This document shows positions 63,703 to 64,000 of a stretch of 64,000 bases of DNA, one piece after another. The stretch is from Camelus ferus (lineage: Eukaryota). Positions within the stretch are counted from its first letter, which is position 1; each line of letters begins with the position of its first letter. Made by a program: the position numbers and the translations under genes. Under the pieces are notes generated by a model. The model searched no databases, was not told the origin of the DNA, and saw nothing but the letters and a program-made list of their open reading frames with translations. The DNA is taken from contig NC_045696.1 of the NCBI RefSeq assembly GCF_009834535.1, forward strand, positions 65,846,001 through 65,910,000, given 5' to 3'.

Positions 63703-63844
63703 TTCCATGCAGAAAAAGGTACACAAGTGACAATAAATAAAAGATGGTCTATTTGCTAGGTCCCTACAAATGTTACAGAAAGTATATGAGTTATATTAAT
63801 TCAGATGCAGGAGCAAGCACTTTGAATGAAACAGGTCATGGAAA

Positions 63845-64000
63845 TATGCATAGTGGTGAAGAGCATGGACACAAGAGTAAGATCTAAGTTCTAATCCCAA
63901 TAACTTCAAAATTTGTGTGACCTTGAAGAAATTACTTCTCTCTCAGTTTCTTCATGTATAAATTGGCAGTTATAATGAACAGAGTGCTTAAAATGTATTA
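63845..64000 (+). mobile_element. MIR SINE
   Basis: gcatagtggtgaagagcatggac…gttctaatccca…tgtgtgaccttg…tcagtttcttcatgtataaa. Confidence 0.85.

Noticed and set aside
1..64000. ORF-track entries as host protein-coding genes
   Set aside because: All are under 150 aa, many begin at non-ATG codons, and none resembles a cellular protein I recognise. The recognisable ones are decayed L1 ORF2 or ERV-L pol. Small exons of a spliced gene cannot be excluded by eye.

Overview
AT-rich, CpG-depleted mammalian genomic DNA, intronic or intergenic. I found no credible protein-coding exon, RNA gene or CpG island. Two tRNA-derived SINEs resembling camelid vic-1, and no recognisable Alu, B1, Bov-tA, PRE-1 or Can-SINE, point to a camelid (alpaca, llama or camel). 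Much of the window is transposon fossil: L1 of several ages (including a ~4.2 kb minus-strand copy with near-complete ORF2 but no ORF1), L2, CR1/L3, MIR, MaLR/MLT2/ERV1 solo LTRs, ERV-L gag and pol remnants, and hAT and Tigger MITEs. The ORF track is chance ORFs or decayed L1/ERV-L. Family names come from recalled consensus sequences, not from a search. The most interesting signals lie in repeat-free islands: (1) an 84-nt, ~35-bp pri-miRNA-like hairpin at 8814-8897; (2) a nested multi-stem hairpin capped by a GAAA tetraloop at 45802-45885; (3) a third nested fold at 17924-18018; (4) a locally templated insertion scar at 7244-7369; (5) a perfect AGAACAnnnTGTTCT steroid response element at 57883, next to an enhancer-like motif cluster. 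None is proven functional.
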